Origin: an uncultured Oligoflexus sp.
GTDB taxonomy: Bacteria; Bdellovibrionota_B; Oligoflexia; Oligoflexales; Oligoflexaceae
Direction: 5' to 3'
Assembly (NCBI GenBank): GCA_964236955.1
Contig: CAXSGP010000023.1
Span: 1 to 51,683, forward strand
Length of the DNA stretch: 51,683 nucleotides
Of the stretch, positions 1 through 10,504 are shown piece by piece (within the stretch, counting starts at the first letter, position 1; each line of letters begins with the position of its first letter). Position numbers and translations under genes: made by a program. The notes under the pieces were generated by a model. The model saw only the letters and a program-made list of their open reading frames with translations, made no database searches and was not told the DNA's origin.

Positions 1-53
1 GCGGCGCGTTGCCATCGCGCAGGTCGAGGGTTCGAGTCCCTTCATCCGCTCCA
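1..53 (+). tRNA. tRNA-Gly(GCC), 5'-truncated by window edge
   Basis: Anticodon arm GCGCG-TTGCCAT-CGCGC, T-arm GAGGG-TTCGAGT-CCCTT, acceptor 3' strand CATCCGC-T-CCA. Confidence 0.93.
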
Positions 54-248
54 TTTCCTTTCCTACCCTAGCAATTATGACCTTAGATGATGCTATCATG
101 AAGCGTCTCAATCCTATTTGCCTAGCCACAAATCTAAATCCCCCACGATAGCCCGACAAACAAGTCTTCCTTCCCCCTGGCGAGGCGAGGACCTAGACGC
201 AGCTCTACTCATTCGCGGGACGCTCCATCGAAGGGCAAGGCGGCTTGA

Positions 249-392
249 GTGGGTACTGTTGGAGATATGAGCAAAGACGTGGTGCTGCGATATATCCAAA
301 ATCAGAAAACCGAAGAAATGAGTAAGTAAACTTCCTCTCATGATAGAAAGGAAGCCTTACATCCCCTCTTTAAAAAGAGGGGGATTACGGCC
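249..392 (+). mobile_element. IS200/IS605-family relic: TnpA (Y1 transposase) C-terminus plus subterminal hairpins
   Basis: 249-329 reads VGTVGDMSKDVVLRYIQNQKTEEMSK* (TnpA TVG..S...V..YI.NQ motif); hairpins CTTCCT..AGGAAG (331-354) and CCCCTCTTT-AA-AAAGAGGGG (363-382). Confidence 0.75.
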
Positions 393-446
393 AAGTATTC
401 TAAATGGGTTGACCCCTTTTTGTCTTTCCTATAACCATATATTTGT

Positions 447-830
447 ATGGCTAACGGAAAATCAAGAAAGGATGTCACTATGGGAGGGGAAATACTGCGG
501 CAATCAACGCGCCTGGCTCTTCGGGAATGCATAGTCCTGGCGACAGACCATTATGGTTTCGACCTTGAAAATGCTTTGCGAACGACGGGACTGATTGACA
601 GCAGTATCAGATTCACCGACTCCGAGGCGGCGAAAAGCGCCTTTGACTTGTGTTATCAGGAGATCGATTGGCACGATCGGCAATCCATTTTGCCCTTCAT
701 ACCCATCTTTGAAAATTCCTACGTTCAAAGCCCCAGGAATTTTGCCAGCGTTCACAATTATCTTGATGGCATCCTAGCTCACGATGGTTTTCGCATGAAG
801 CAAGGGAGACTCATCCGCCTGCCGATTTGA
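447..830 (+). CDS. hypothetical protein (alternative start 480 has AAAGGA RBS)
   Basis: 127-aa ORF, no motif recognised. Confidence 0.6.
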   Translation: MANGKSRKDVTMGGEILRQSTRLALRECIVLATDHYGFDLENALRTTGLIDSSIRFTDSEAAKSAFDLCYQEIDWHDRQSILPFIPIFENSYVQSPRNFASVHNYLDGILAHDGFRMKQGRLIRLPI

Positions 831-835
831 GGCTC

Positions 836-884
836 GAGTGGTTGATCGTAAGCCCCATCAACACTGACTTAGAGTCAACCACTC
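836..884. terminator. inverted repeat between convergent genes
   Basis: GAGTGGTTGA (836-845) / TCAACCACTC (875-884). Confidence 0.4.
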
Positions 885-920
885 ACCCAAACGATAAAGC
901 CCCGGCCTAAAAGCTACGAT

Positions 921-2855
921 CTAGAGGTGATCAGTCATAAGCTTGGCAATCTGCTGACTAAAGCGCATCGGATCATCAAGAGGTGATCCCTCAGCAAGCA
1001 GAGCTTGGTTATACAAAATCTCGGCCCATTCCTTCTGCCGATCCGCAGGCAGATCCTTCATGCGGCCAAAAACCGCATGCTTGGGATTGATCTCCATAAT
1101 GCGTTTGGATTTGGGCATAGCTTGCCCCATGGATTCCATCATGCGCTCCAGGCGAGCCGACGAATCATAGGCACCTGAGACTAAACACACGGGTGAATCG
1201 ACGAGGCGCTTTGAGATCTTAACTTCTTTGACCTTCTCGGAAACCGCACCCTGAATCGTCGCCAGCAGTTCTTTGAACTCGACTTCCTTGGCTTTGATCT
1301 CTTGCTCTTTTTGAACCTTCTCTTCTTCGCTATCGAGATCAAGTCCTTCTTTGGTGATCGATCGGAGCATCTTGTCATCAAATTTATTGATCGATTGCAT
1401 AACCCATTCATCAACAGGATCGGTGCAATAAAGGATCTCGTAACCCTTTTCCTTGACCTTCTCGATATAAGGACTGGCCTTTAACTGATCGAGCGAATCG
1501 CCGGTGATGTAATAGATCTCTTTCTGATCTTTCTTCATGCGGCTGACATATTCGCTGAGCGAGGTGAACTTGTCCGACTCGGAGCTGTGGAAAAGGGCAA
1601 GATCCTGAATTTTATCTTTGTTCGAAAAGTCGTTCGACATACCCTCTTTGAGAGTGGCCCCGAAGTTTTTCCAGAAGGTTTCATATTTGGGACGATCGTT
1701 CTTCTGCATCGCTTCCAGATGCTTCAGGACCTTGGCCGTGAGGGCTTTCTTGATAGCCTGGACCTGGCGGTCCTTTTGAAGGATCTCCCGCGACACGTTG
1801 AGCGAAAGATCTGAACTGTCGATCACGCCGCGGAGGAACCGAAGATAGGTTGGCAGAAGATCTTCAGCATGTTCCATAATGAAGACGCGATTGATATAGA
1901 GCGAAAGGCCCCATTTGGTATCACGATAATAATAATCCTGAGGGACAGAAGGAGGAATAAACATCAGGGCCGTAAATTCCTGACTTCCTTCGGCACGATA
2001 ATGGATACGATCGAAGGGTTTGTTCCAATCATGTGCCACGTGCCTATAAAATTCTTCATAATCTTCTTCGGAAATATCATGCGGCGGACGCAGCCATATC
2101 GCTTTTTGACTATTGAGCGTCTCATCATCCTCGACGCTCTTGGTCTTGCCTTCGATCTCTTTGCCTTCGGCATCAAGTTCAGGCTCCTCGCGCTTGGTCA
2201 GCATGCGAATCGGCCAAGAAATAAAGTCAGAATATTTCTTTACGATGCGGCGAAGAACATACTCATCGGTGAAATCTTCGGCCGACTCATCACCGGTAAA
2301 ATCTTTGAGGTGCAAAGTGATCGTTGTACCGGCCCCCTCTGGACGTGGCTGACGATCGATTTCAAAGGAGCCGTCGCCGGTCGATTCCCAAAGCGTGCCT
2401 TCATGAGTGCCGGCTTTCTGAGTCAAAACCGTAACCTTGTCAGCAACCATGAAGGAGGCGTAGAAACCTACACCGAACTGGCCGATAAGCTCCGGTCGAT
2501 CTTTAATTTCTTTGGTGTGCTTAAGGAACTCCTTCGTGCCGGAGCGGGCAATCGTGCCGATGTTGGCAATGACTTCGTCGTAAGTCATACCGATACCGTT
2601 ATCAACGATAGTCAAAGTACGGGCTTCTGGATTTGGGATGAGACGGATGTGCTTTTCAATGTGAAGCTGGGTCGAATCCCATTCATGATTCTGAAGCTCT
2701 TCGAACCGAAGCTTATCGATAGCATCGGAAGAGTTCGAAATAAGCTCACGCAAAAAGATTTCACGGTGCGAGTAAAGAGAGTTAACCATCAGATCAAGAA
2801 TTTGCTTGACCTCGGTCTGGAACGATCTGGTTTCTTTTGTCATATCTATCCTCAC
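921..2855 (-). CDS. htpG: molecular chaperone HtpG (Hsp90)
   Basis: YSHREIFLRELISNSSDA, DNGIGMT, IGQFGVGFYASF, LSLNVSREILQ motifs. Confidence 0.98.
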   Translation of the reverse strand: MRIDMTKETRSFQTEVKQILDLMVNSLYSHREIFLRELISNSSDAIDKLRFEELQNHEWDSTQLHIEKHIRLIPNPEARTLTIVDNGIGMTYDEVIANIGTIARSGTKEFLKHTKEIKDRPELIGQFGVGFYASFMVADKVTVLTQKAGTHEGTLWESTGDGSFEIDRQPRPEGAGTTITLHLKDFTGDESAEDFTDEYVLRRIVKKYSDFISWPIRMLTKREEPELDAEGKEIEGKTKSVEDDETLNSQKAIWLRPPHDISEEDYEEFYRHVAHDWNKPFDRIHYRAEGSQEFTALMFIPPSVPQDYYYRDTKWGLSLYINRVFIMEHAEDLLPTYLRFLRGVIDSSDLSLNVSREILQKDRQVQAIKKALTAKVLKHLEAMQKNDRPKYETFWKNFGATLKEGMSNDFSNKDKIQDLALFHSSESDKFTSLSEYVSRMKKDQKEIYYITGDSLDQLKASPYIEKVKEKGYEILYCTDPVDEWVMQSINKFDDKMLRSITKEGLDLDSEEEKVQKEQEIKAKEVEFKELLATIQGAVSEKVKEVKISKRLVDSPVCLVSGAYDSSARLERMMESMGQAMPKSKRIMEINPKHAVFGRMKDLPADRQKEWAEILYNQALLAEGSPLDDPMRFSQQIAKLMTDHL

Positions 2856-3429
2856 GAATATCCCACGGGAAAACTACCCTAACAGGATGGCGACGAATAA
2901 TCATCTGTCAACCCCCCAAGTCTGGGAATCTTGTCCGGACATTGTGAAAAAGTTTTTGACAGTCGATTAGGATCCGGCCAAGGGAGCGGACAGATTGGCC
3001 ACCCGCAGATCGTCATTCTTTAATTCTTCAATAACTTCACCAAGTCCAAGGAAAGAAAAGAGGCCCTGGCGGCGGCGGTAAGGATTCATTTTGCTCTTGG
3101 AAGGCTTCGCCAGGCTCTCAGGCCCTGTGATGAAAAGATGCAAAGGACTCTGGGAATAGACTTTTACTTGATTAATTTGACCATTCATTTCATGAGCTTC
3201 CATAATAACTCCAATCTGCAAGGCAGGGGGGGAAACAAGATATAACTGTCTGAGGACCAGCCACTCACCAGCCCATTGCATAAAACAAGCCCAGCCCTAT
3301 AAGAATGCTGGCCATCTGGGTGGCGCGACCTCGGCCAGCATCGAAGCGCTTTGCGACGCTAACCCATGCGCCGTGAAAATTTGATGAGTCCCTGGTAAAA
3401 TCCGCGCCTCCCTTACCGTTTCACGGCGA

Positions 3430-4638
3430 TTGATCTCAGCTTGCTCGCAGGCTTCCCTCTTGGTTACCATAGAGACCATGCGCTCGTTGAAAGGGACTGT
3501 TGTGCCAAAGATAAAAAAAAAGCTGGGCAAGAATTACGACAAATTTTTTCATCGTCCGCCCCCGGGAAGTAGCCCGGGTACTGTCATTGCTCCCTTTGAT
3601 CCGAATCCAACCCGGATCCTATCCATGGTCTACGATGCCGAGAACGTAGCCTGTAAAACACTGACCGATGTCAAGGGTCTCAAAAAAAGCCTGGATCCGC
3701 ATTCCGTTACCTGGATCAGCCTGCTCGGAATGCAAGACCTGGCCCTGATCCAGGAACTCTGCCAGGAGTTTGGCATTCATCGCCTAACAGTCGAGGACGT
3801 ACTCAATCAATATCAACGGCCGAAGGTCGAATACTTCGATGAATACACCTATCTTACCGTACATGTGCCAAAGCCCGATACGGATAGCGATGTCATCAGC
3901 ATACTTATGGGCGAAAATTTTATTATCACGCTGCAAGACAGCGCCGTCGACTATCTGGAGGCAATACGGAACCGCATCCTTAAAAAAATCGGCCAGATTC
4001 GCAGTCGGGATCGCTCTTATCTATGTTACGCTATCATCGATACGGCGATCGATCTCTACTTTCCCCTGACCGAGAATTATGCTCAACGCATTGAAACGGC
4101 CGAATCCAATGTGCTTCAGGCATCCAAACCCGTCGCCATCATCGATGTCTTCAGTATGCGTTCCAAACTCAACTTCTTTCATCGTATACTCTGGTCGCAC
4201 AATCAGATGATCTCACAATTGATTCACGATCCGGAGACCCCTTTTCATGAGGACAGCTGGGTTTACCTGCGCGACTGCTTCGATCACACCATGCAGATTC
4301 TTGAATTTCTTGAAAACCTCAAGGAAAATGCCAAAACCCTTATCGACCTGCACCTGTCACTGCAGGGCCATCGCTCCAACGAGATCATGAAGGTCCTCAC
4401 GATTATCACCGCGACATTTATCCCAATGACTTTTATATCGGGATTGTACGGGATGAACTTCGATACAAGCTCACCCCACAATATGCCCGAGCTTCATTGG
4501 AGGTACGGTTATCCCTTTGCCCTGGTCATGATGATACTGGCCGGCGGCTCGATGCTGCTGTATTTTTACAGCCAACGATGGTTTTCAAACCAAGCCCCAC
4601 TGGGCTCGTTTGGTCGGGACGAGGAAAGGGAAAATTAA
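3430..4638 (+). CDS. corA: Mg2+/Co2+ transporter CorA (true start probably 3478 or 3502)
   Basis: QRPKVEYF, YLRDCFDH, NEIMKVLT, GLYGMNF (GMN), MPELHWRYGY. Confidence 0.93.
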   Translation: MISACSQASLLVTIETMRSLKGTVVPKIKKKLGKNYDKFFHRPPPGSSPGTVIAPFDPNPTRILSMVYDAENVACKTLTDVKGLKKSLDPHSVTWISLLGMQDLALIQELCQEFGIHRLTVEDVLNQYQRPKVEYFDEYTYLTVHVPKPDTDSDVISILMGENFIITLQDSAVDYLEAIRNRILKKIGQIRSRDRSYLCYAIIDTAIDLYFPLTENYAQRIETAESNVLQASKPVAIIDVFSMRSKLNFFHRILWSHNQMISQLIHDPETPFHEDSWVYLRDCFDHTMQILEFLENLKENAKTLIDLHLSLQGHRSNEIMKVLTIITATFIPMTFISGLYGMNFDTSSPHNMPELHWRYGYPFALVMMILAGGSMLLYFYSQRWFSNQAPLGSFGRDEEREN

Positions 4639-4682
4639 CAGGAAAGATTGCAAGCCAGGCAGGAAAAATCAGAGTCAAGGAT

Positions 4683-5546
4683 CTAGGATTTGGGCGGCGG
4701 CATCAGATGATCCATCGCGATTTTTATATAGGGATCGAGCCGATTGCTTTTACCGATCTGTCTCATACCGAGCAGAAGGCACAGGGTCTGGGAAAGAATC
4801 TCCTTTTTTTCCTTGTTGGTCAGCTCAGCCCGAGGCTTACAGGAGATTGAAATTTTTCGGGGCTGGCGGAACCAAACGCAATGGAATCGCGAGCCGTTCA
4901 CGCAATAGATATGCACTTCGGGTGGCGTCGAACTATCGTCCATATTCATATGAATTTCGACGAGGCCCCGTTCATTGCCATAGGAGAGCCACTGCGGCGA
5001 CTGATAGGCTATGCCGACCCGATGCTTGGCGAGGGCTTTAAGACCCAGCCCCATGTCCATATAAAATAAATAGCGATGAAGAAAAAGCAGGCTAAACGGC
5101 CCATGCGGGTCGCAACTAAAGCCAACGCTTTCTTCATCCACGCTGGTGATGATCATATTGGTCTTTTGCGCCTCGCCAAGGATAAACAGCTCCACCGGCG
5201 TGGACTGATGCACCTTAAGCCAAGACTGAAGCTCGTCCCCGGCAGGCCGTTCAACACGCATCCCGCCATAACTCAAATTAAGTACACGCAGCCTGCAGCT
5301 GTCAAAATCAGCGTAAGCAACATTATGATCGGCAAACATGTGCCGAAAATAGCGACGCCGGTAGGCAGCTGATACTTGGTCAAAAATATCACCCAACCGA
5401 GGTTGCAGGAGTTTCTCCTGAACCTGAAGGCGCAATTTTTGCCAAAGACTGAATTGTTTCGGAAGCATCGCTATCCCAGTGAAAAGTATTTTCAGCTGAA
5501 GAGGCATCGGACTATACGAAGGGGACTTTATCGATCCATTGATCAA
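4683..5546 (-). CDS. PilZ-like domain protein
   Basis: RxxxR (RRYFR) followed by (D/N)xSxxG (NLSYGG). Confidence 0.6.
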   Translation of the reverse strand: MINGSIKSPSYSPMPLQLKILFTGIAMLPKQFSLWQKLRLQVQEKLLQPRLGDIFDQVSAAYRRRYFRHMFADHNVAYADFDSCRLRVLNLSYGGMRVERPAGDELQSWLKVHQSTPVELFILGEAQKTNMIITSVDEESVGFSCDPHGPFSLLFLHRYLFYMDMGLGLKALAKHRVGIAYQSPQWLSYGNERGLVEIHMNMDDSSTPPEVHIYCVNGSRFHCVWFRQPRKISISCKPRAELTNKEKKEILSQTLCLLLGMRQIGKSNRLDPYIKIAMDHLMPPPKS

Positions 5547-5908
5547 TTGAGTGATTTTAAGTAGTTACATGTAGTTTCGAACAACTGACTCAGATCGCCA
5601 TAGGTAGTTTCCACTTTATCGGAAGCCCATTTCGTCTCGGGTGTGAAAGCTTCTAACAACTTAAGCTCGCTCGCCAGGGCCTGCGCTCCCATATTGAGAC
5701 AACTGCCTTTGAAACGGTGGGCAACGCGACGGACCGATTCAGCATCCTGATCGCTCAGAGCCATCTTCAATTCGATGAGAGAGGAGCGACCATGCTCTTC
5801 AAAAATTCCCACCAGTTGAGGCATAAAAGCTGGACTACGGGCGTATGCTTTCAGACTTTGCAGGACGCTCATATCAACTAGGTTAAGAGATTTGTTGAGG
5901 TCTGACAT
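5543..5908 (-). CDS. Hpt (histidine phosphotransfer) domain protein
   Basis: AHRFKGSCLNMGA matches the HxLKGSS..GA Hpt motif. Confidence 0.85.
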   Translation of the reverse strand: MSDLNKSLNLVDMSVLQSLKAYARSPAFMPQLVGIFEEHGRSSLIELKMALSDQDAESVRRVAHRFKGSCLNMGAQALASELKLLEAFTPETKWASDKVETTYGDLSQLFETTCNYLKSLN

Positions 5909-6294
5909 TCTAAACTCCTCGACTGTTGGCGACTTCTAGCATGACTCGGTAGCTTAACGCCGTGCAAAACACAAGAAATATTCAAAAATAATTGAGGCAT
6001 CGAAAATTGGCACTTTGCCTGAACTGGCGCTTTATCCTGGCCTCCGAGCCTTGCAAATCTGGCGATCGCCGCGCCGCCCTGCTGACAATCTTCTAGAAAC
6101 CGTCTCAATGAGTCAAGAAAAGCTTGGCGTTGAAACTTGAGATTTAAGGAATAATTCAAAGGTCCGGCAAAATATTGGCCGGGAGCCCTATCCGCTGGCG
6201 CCGGCCCTGAACGCAGGCCATTGAGCCTGTGAGGCCTTCCTTGTTTCTTAGGGTCAGTTCTGATTTAATGAGTCAAGCAGGAGGCCGGTCGGGC

Positions 6295-7173
6295 ATGTTA
6301 AATTATTCGGCAAAATTAAATCTGTGGCTTAAAACTTTTGAATCTCGTTTAGAGGCCTGTCAGCAGTCCCTCTATCCTGAAGAGCTTAGTTTGCATCAGG
6401 CTTGTCGCTACGCCCTCGCAGGTCAGGGCAAACGGATACGCCCCCTCTTTGTCATGGCTGCGACCGAAGCCTGCGGAGGGCATCCCGAACAGTCTCTCAG
6501 TCTCGCCGTCGCTGTTGAGTTGATACACACCTATAGTCTCGTCCATGACGATTTGCCGAGCATGGACGATGATGAAATGCGTCGCGGCCGCGCCACGACC
6601 CATATTATTTATGATGAAGCGACCGCCCTGCTCGCTGGCGATGCACTGCTTACCGATGCCTTTTACGTTATCGCCGAGGACCCTGAACTATCGCCTGAAA
6701 TAAGAGCCAAGGCTGTTCTGCAGCTGGCCCGGGCGGCTGGCGGGCAGGGAATGGTTAAAGGCCAGGCTCTCGATATGCATTGGACCGGACTCAACGATTT
6801 CACCAAAGCCGATCTCGATTCGGTTCATCTCAGCAAGACGGGTGCCTTGATTGCCGCAAGCTGCCTCTTGGGAGGCCTTGCCGCCGGGGCATCAGCTGCT
6901 GAACTTAAAGCCCTTGAAGCCTTTGGCCGCGGACTTGGACTGGTCTTTCAAATCATCGACGATCTTTTGGATAACGAAGAGGGGACCGGAAAATCACTTG
7001 GCAAAGATGCTGATGCAGGAAAATTGACCTATTTAAGCCTTATGAGTGCCAGCGATGCCAGAACTTACGCCAACCTTTTGACCAGAGAAACTTTAACGAT
7101 TCTGGAGCCCTGGGGCAGTCGGGCTGATGCCTTGCGCGATCTTGGAACAGCTTTGCTGGACCGTAGCTTCTAA
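6295..7173 (+). CDS. ispA: polyprenyl (farnesyl/geranylgeranyl) diphosphate synthase
   Basis: GKRIRP, FARM HDDLPSMDDDEMRRG, KTGALI, SARM FQIIDDLLD; AGGAGG RBS before ATG 6295. Confidence 0.9.
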   Translation: MLNYSAKLNLWLKTFESRLEACQQSLYPEELSLHQACRYALAGQGKRIRPLFVMAATEACGGHPEQSLSLAVAVELIHTYSLVHDDLPSMDDDEMRRGRATTHIIYDEATALLAGDALLTDAFYVIAEDPELSPEIRAKAVLQLARAAGGQGMVKGQALDMHWTGLNDFTKADLDSVHLSKTGALIAASCLLGGLAAGASAAELKALEAFGRGLGLVFQIIDDLLDNEEGTGKSLGKDADAGKLTYLSLMSASDARTYANLLTRETLTILEPWGSRADALRDLGTALLDRSF

Positions 7174-7466
7174 AAAATAAAAAAAGGTCATTAGCCTTTG
7201 CCGCCAGGCGTGACCTTGTCCGTGCCGCTAGATTCAGTCGACTCCCGATATCTGCATCGATTATGAAACCAAAAATAATGCTCAGGTCTCTGACTGACGA
7301 ATGTTTCGACTTCGCGATTAAAAAGTGAGTCCATGGTGATATTCGTCGTCTCTCCCTTTATGATGACGCACGTTCGTGCGTCCTATTCATAACAAGCTCA
7401 GAACGCTTGTCTTTGTACAAAAGTATGGTAGTATTCAAGACCCACTTTGGTTGAAGGTAGACTCAA

Positions 7467-10373
7467 ATGAAGAAACCCCTTTTGAAATCAAGCGCTCCGC
7501 CTGTCAGTGAATCTGAAGTCCTTCAGGTCAATGGCGCCGAGGAACACAATTTAAAGTCGGTGTCGCTAAGCATTCCCAAAAAAAAGCTTGTGGTCTTCAC
7601 AGGGGTATCGGGTTCGGGAAAGTCAAGCCTGGCATTCGACACTATCTTTGCGGAAGGGCAAAGACGCTATGTCGAATCTTTATCGTCTTATGCGCGGCAA
7701 TTCCTTGGCCAGATGGATAAGCCCAAGTATGAATCGATACGGGGCTTGGCACCGACGATTTCCATCGAACAAAAGTCGGCAAGCAAAAATCCACGTTCGA
7801 CCGTGGGGACGATAACTGAAATCTATGATTACCTGCGCGTACTCTATGCCCGCATAGCTGTACAATACTGCTATAAGTGTGGCAAAACCGTCGGTCGTGG
7901 CGATGCGGCCAGCATGGTGCAACAGATACTTTCCTTACCCGAAGGCTCTAAGCTCGTCATCCTTGCGCCGATCATTGGACATCGCAAAGGGAGTCATAAA
8001 GAACTGATAGATATGCTGCAGTCGCAAGGCTATGAGCGCGCCCGCGTGAACGGGACCATCGTGCGTCTCGAAGAGATTCAGGATCTCGCCAAGCATAAAA
8101 AACATACGATTGACGCCGTCATCGACCGACTCGTGCTCAAATCGGGCAAAGAGTTTCGCGTGCGGCTTACCGATTCTGTCGAACAGGGTTTGAAACGAGG
8201 CATGGGCTCCCTTATCGTCCACATCGAAGGAAGTCGGGAAATTAAAATGAGCGAGGAACGGTCCTGCTGCGGGATCGCTTATCCTGAACTTGATCCCCCA
8301 CTTTTTTCCTTCAACTCTCCCCAGGGTATGTGTCCCGCGTGCAACGGTCTCGGCACTATATTGTCAATGGACCCCGGCAAAGTCATTCCCGACACTTCAA
8401 AGTCCATCAGGGAGGGGGCGATAGTTCCCTGGGCAAACTATTTCAAAGGGGGCGCGGTTGATAAAGAAGGCTCGTGGTCCAGCGAGCGCTTTGCCGCCAT
8501 GGAGAAAAAGTGGGGGCTTGATTATGACAAGCCCTGGTCCAAATTACCCAAAAAGCACCAGGATATCCTTCTCTACGGTCCCAAGGACGATAAGAAAATA
8601 AAGCTAAAATTTACTGGGGCCAAAAGCTCTGGAACCTGGGAGTTCGATTTTGAAGGTCTGTTGAACTCCATGATGCGGCGTTATCTTTCCACGCAGTCGG
8701 ACACAATGAAGGAATGGTATCAAAAGTTCATGTCGACCCAGGCGTGTGAAAGCTGTCTCGGGCAAAAGCTAAAGCCTGAAGTCCTGGCGGTGCGGATCGA
8801 AAAACTTTCGATCTACGATCTTTGCCATCTGTCGATCGAGGACGCGCATCGTTTTCTCAAGGTTTTGACACTGACCGATGCCCAGAAAATGATTGCCAAA
8901 GACCTGCTAAAAGAAATTTCCAATCGTCTGAACTTTCTCGTCAATGTTGGACTTAGCTACCTCACTCTCGATCGCCTTGGACCTACCCTTTCCGGTGGCG
9001 AGGCGCAAAGGATCAGACTCGCCTCGCAGATTGGTTCTGAACTGACCGGTGTTCTTTATATACTGGATGAGCCATCGATCGGTCTGCACCAGAGGGATAA
9101 TCAAAAACTCCTGTCAACGCTGCAGCATCTCCGCGATCTCGGGAACTCCCTTATCGTGGTCGAGCATGATCAGGAGACGATAGAAGCCGCTGACTGGATA
9201 GTCGACTTTGGGCCGGGAGCAGGGGTTCAGGGCGGTGAAATTGTCGCGAGCGGAACCTATCAAAGCATACTCGGTAATAAAAACTCTTTGACGGGCCAAT
9301 ATTTGAGCGGGCGCAAACAAATCCTAACACCGTCGTCGCGCCGAAAGTTTGATCCCAAAAACTCGATTACAATCGAGGGGGCAACGGCCAACAACCTCAA
9401 AAACATTGACGTCAGTATCCCATTGAAAGTCTTTACTGCGGTGACGGGCGTATCAGGGGCCGGGAAATCGACGCTCATCAATCAGATTCTCTATCCGGCC
9501 ATCGCCAAGAAACTTCATAATAGCGAACTTGAAATTGGCGCTCATAAACGTATAAACGGGCTCGATGCCATCGATAAGATCATTAATATCGATCAAAAGC
9601 CGATTGGCCGGACCCCACGCAGCAATCCCGCGACCTATACGAAAGTATTCGATCTTATTCGGGATTTCTATGCACTGCTGCCGGAATCACAATCGAGGGC
9701 TTATACCAAGGGGCGCTTCTCCTTTAACGTCAAGGGAGGCCGCTGCGAGCCTTGCCAGGGCGATGGATTTATCAAAGTCGAGATGCACTTTCTAGCTGAT
9801 GTCTTTGTGCCCTGTGAGGCTTGCCATGGCGAACGCTTCAATGCCACGACCTGCGAGATCCTCTATAAGGGGCGCTCGATTGCCGATGTGCTCAATCTGT
9901 CGATAAAAGAGGCACGCGAAGTCTTCGCCAATCACGCGAAAATTGTGGTCATACTCGATACCCTGATCGAAGTTGGACTGTCCTATATTAAATTAGGTCA
10001 GGCTGCGACTACATTGTCCGGCGGCGAGGCGCAAAGAATTAAGCTGGCACGGGAGTTGGCAAAACGCGATAGCGGCAAGACCCTCTACATACTGGATGAG
10101 CCAACCACGGGGCTGCATTTTCATGATATCGCCCAGCTTCTCAGCGTCCTTCAAAAGCTTGTCGACGCTGGCAACAGTGTCCTGGTCATCGAGCATAATC
10201 TTGACGTTGTAAAGTGCGCAGACTGGGTCATCGACATAGGGCCTGAGGGTGGAAAAGCGGGTGGTCACCTGGTCGCTTCGGGAACGCCTGAACAGGTCGC
10301 TAAAAACTCCGCCTCATTTACCGGTCAGTTTTTGAAGGAAGTTTTCGCTAAAGACGGGCGTAAAAAAGCTTAG
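7467..10373 (+). CDS. uvrA: excinuclease ABC subunit A
   Basis: Two ABC ATPase modules (GVSGSGKS, LSGGEAQRIRLA; GVSGAGKS, LSGGEAQRIKLA), Zn-finger Cys pairs, RSNPATYT. Confidence 0.98.
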   Translation: MKKPLLKSSAPPVSESEVLQVNGAEEHNLKSVSLSIPKKKLVVFTGVSGSGKSSLAFDTIFAEGQRRYVESLSSYARQFLGQMDKPKYESIRGLAPTISIEQKSASKNPRSTVGTITEIYDYLRVLYARIAVQYCYKCGKTVGRGDAASMVQQILSLPEGSKLVILAPIIGHRKGSHKELIDMLQSQGYERARVNGTIVRLEEIQDLAKHKKHTIDAVIDRLVLKSGKEFRVRLTDSVEQGLKRGMGSLIVHIEGSREIKMSEERSCCGIAYPELDPPLFSFNSPQGMCPACNGLGTILSMDPGKVIPDTSKSIREGAIVPWANYFKGGAVDKEGSWSSERFAAMEKKWGLDYDKPWSKLPKKHQDILLYGPKDDKKIKLKFTGAKSSGTWEFDFEGLLNSMMRRYLSTQSDTMKEWYQKFMSTQACESCLGQKLKPEVLAVRIEKLSIYDLCHLSIEDAHRFLKVLTLTDAQKMIAKDLLKEISNRLNFLVNVGLSYLTLDRLGPTLSGGEAQRIRLASQIGSELTGVLYILDEPSIGLHQRDNQKLLSTLQHLRDLGNSLIVVEHDQETIEAADWIVDFGPGAGVQGGEIVASGTYQSILGNKNSLTGQYLSGRKQILTPSSRRKFDPKNSITIEGATANNLKNIDVSIPLKVFTAVTGVSGAGKSTLINQILYPAIAKKLHNSELEIGAHKRINGLDAIDKIINIDQKPIGRTPRSNPATYTKVFDLIRDFYALLPESQSRAYTKGRFSFNVKGGRCEPCQGDGFIKVEMHFLADVFVPCEACHGERFNATTCEILYKGRSIADVLNLSIKEAREVFANHAKIVVILDTLIEVGLSYIKLGQAATTLSGGEAQRIKLARELAKRDSGKTLYILDEPTTGLHFHDIAQLLSVLQKLVDAGNSVLVIEHNLDVVKCADWVIDIGPEGGKAGGHLVASGTPEQVAKNSASFTGQFLKEVFAKDGRKKA

Positions 10374-10504
10374 GCCTCATGCTCTGGCTGGCTTCCATGG
10401 TGGGATCCATTCGGGGCACCGTCTTAGACGTAGATCCCTAGAGAAGGCCAAGCTAAACTTCCCTCTAGAGTTTCTCTCTCCTCATCTCTCGGAGGCCAAT
10501 TTAT

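Noticed and set aside
836..920. HEARO/omegaRNA-like start (GTCAACCAC)
   Set aside because: No IscB/TnpB ORF follows; more simply a hairpin between convergent genes.
1869..2882. 337-aa plus-strand ORF
   Set aside because: Lies almost wholly antisense to htpG; a shadow ORF with no motifs.
2887..2911. sigma32-like promoter for htpG (TTGACA-N13-CGCCAT, minus strand)
   Set aside because: Plausible, but the match is too loose to report as a feature.
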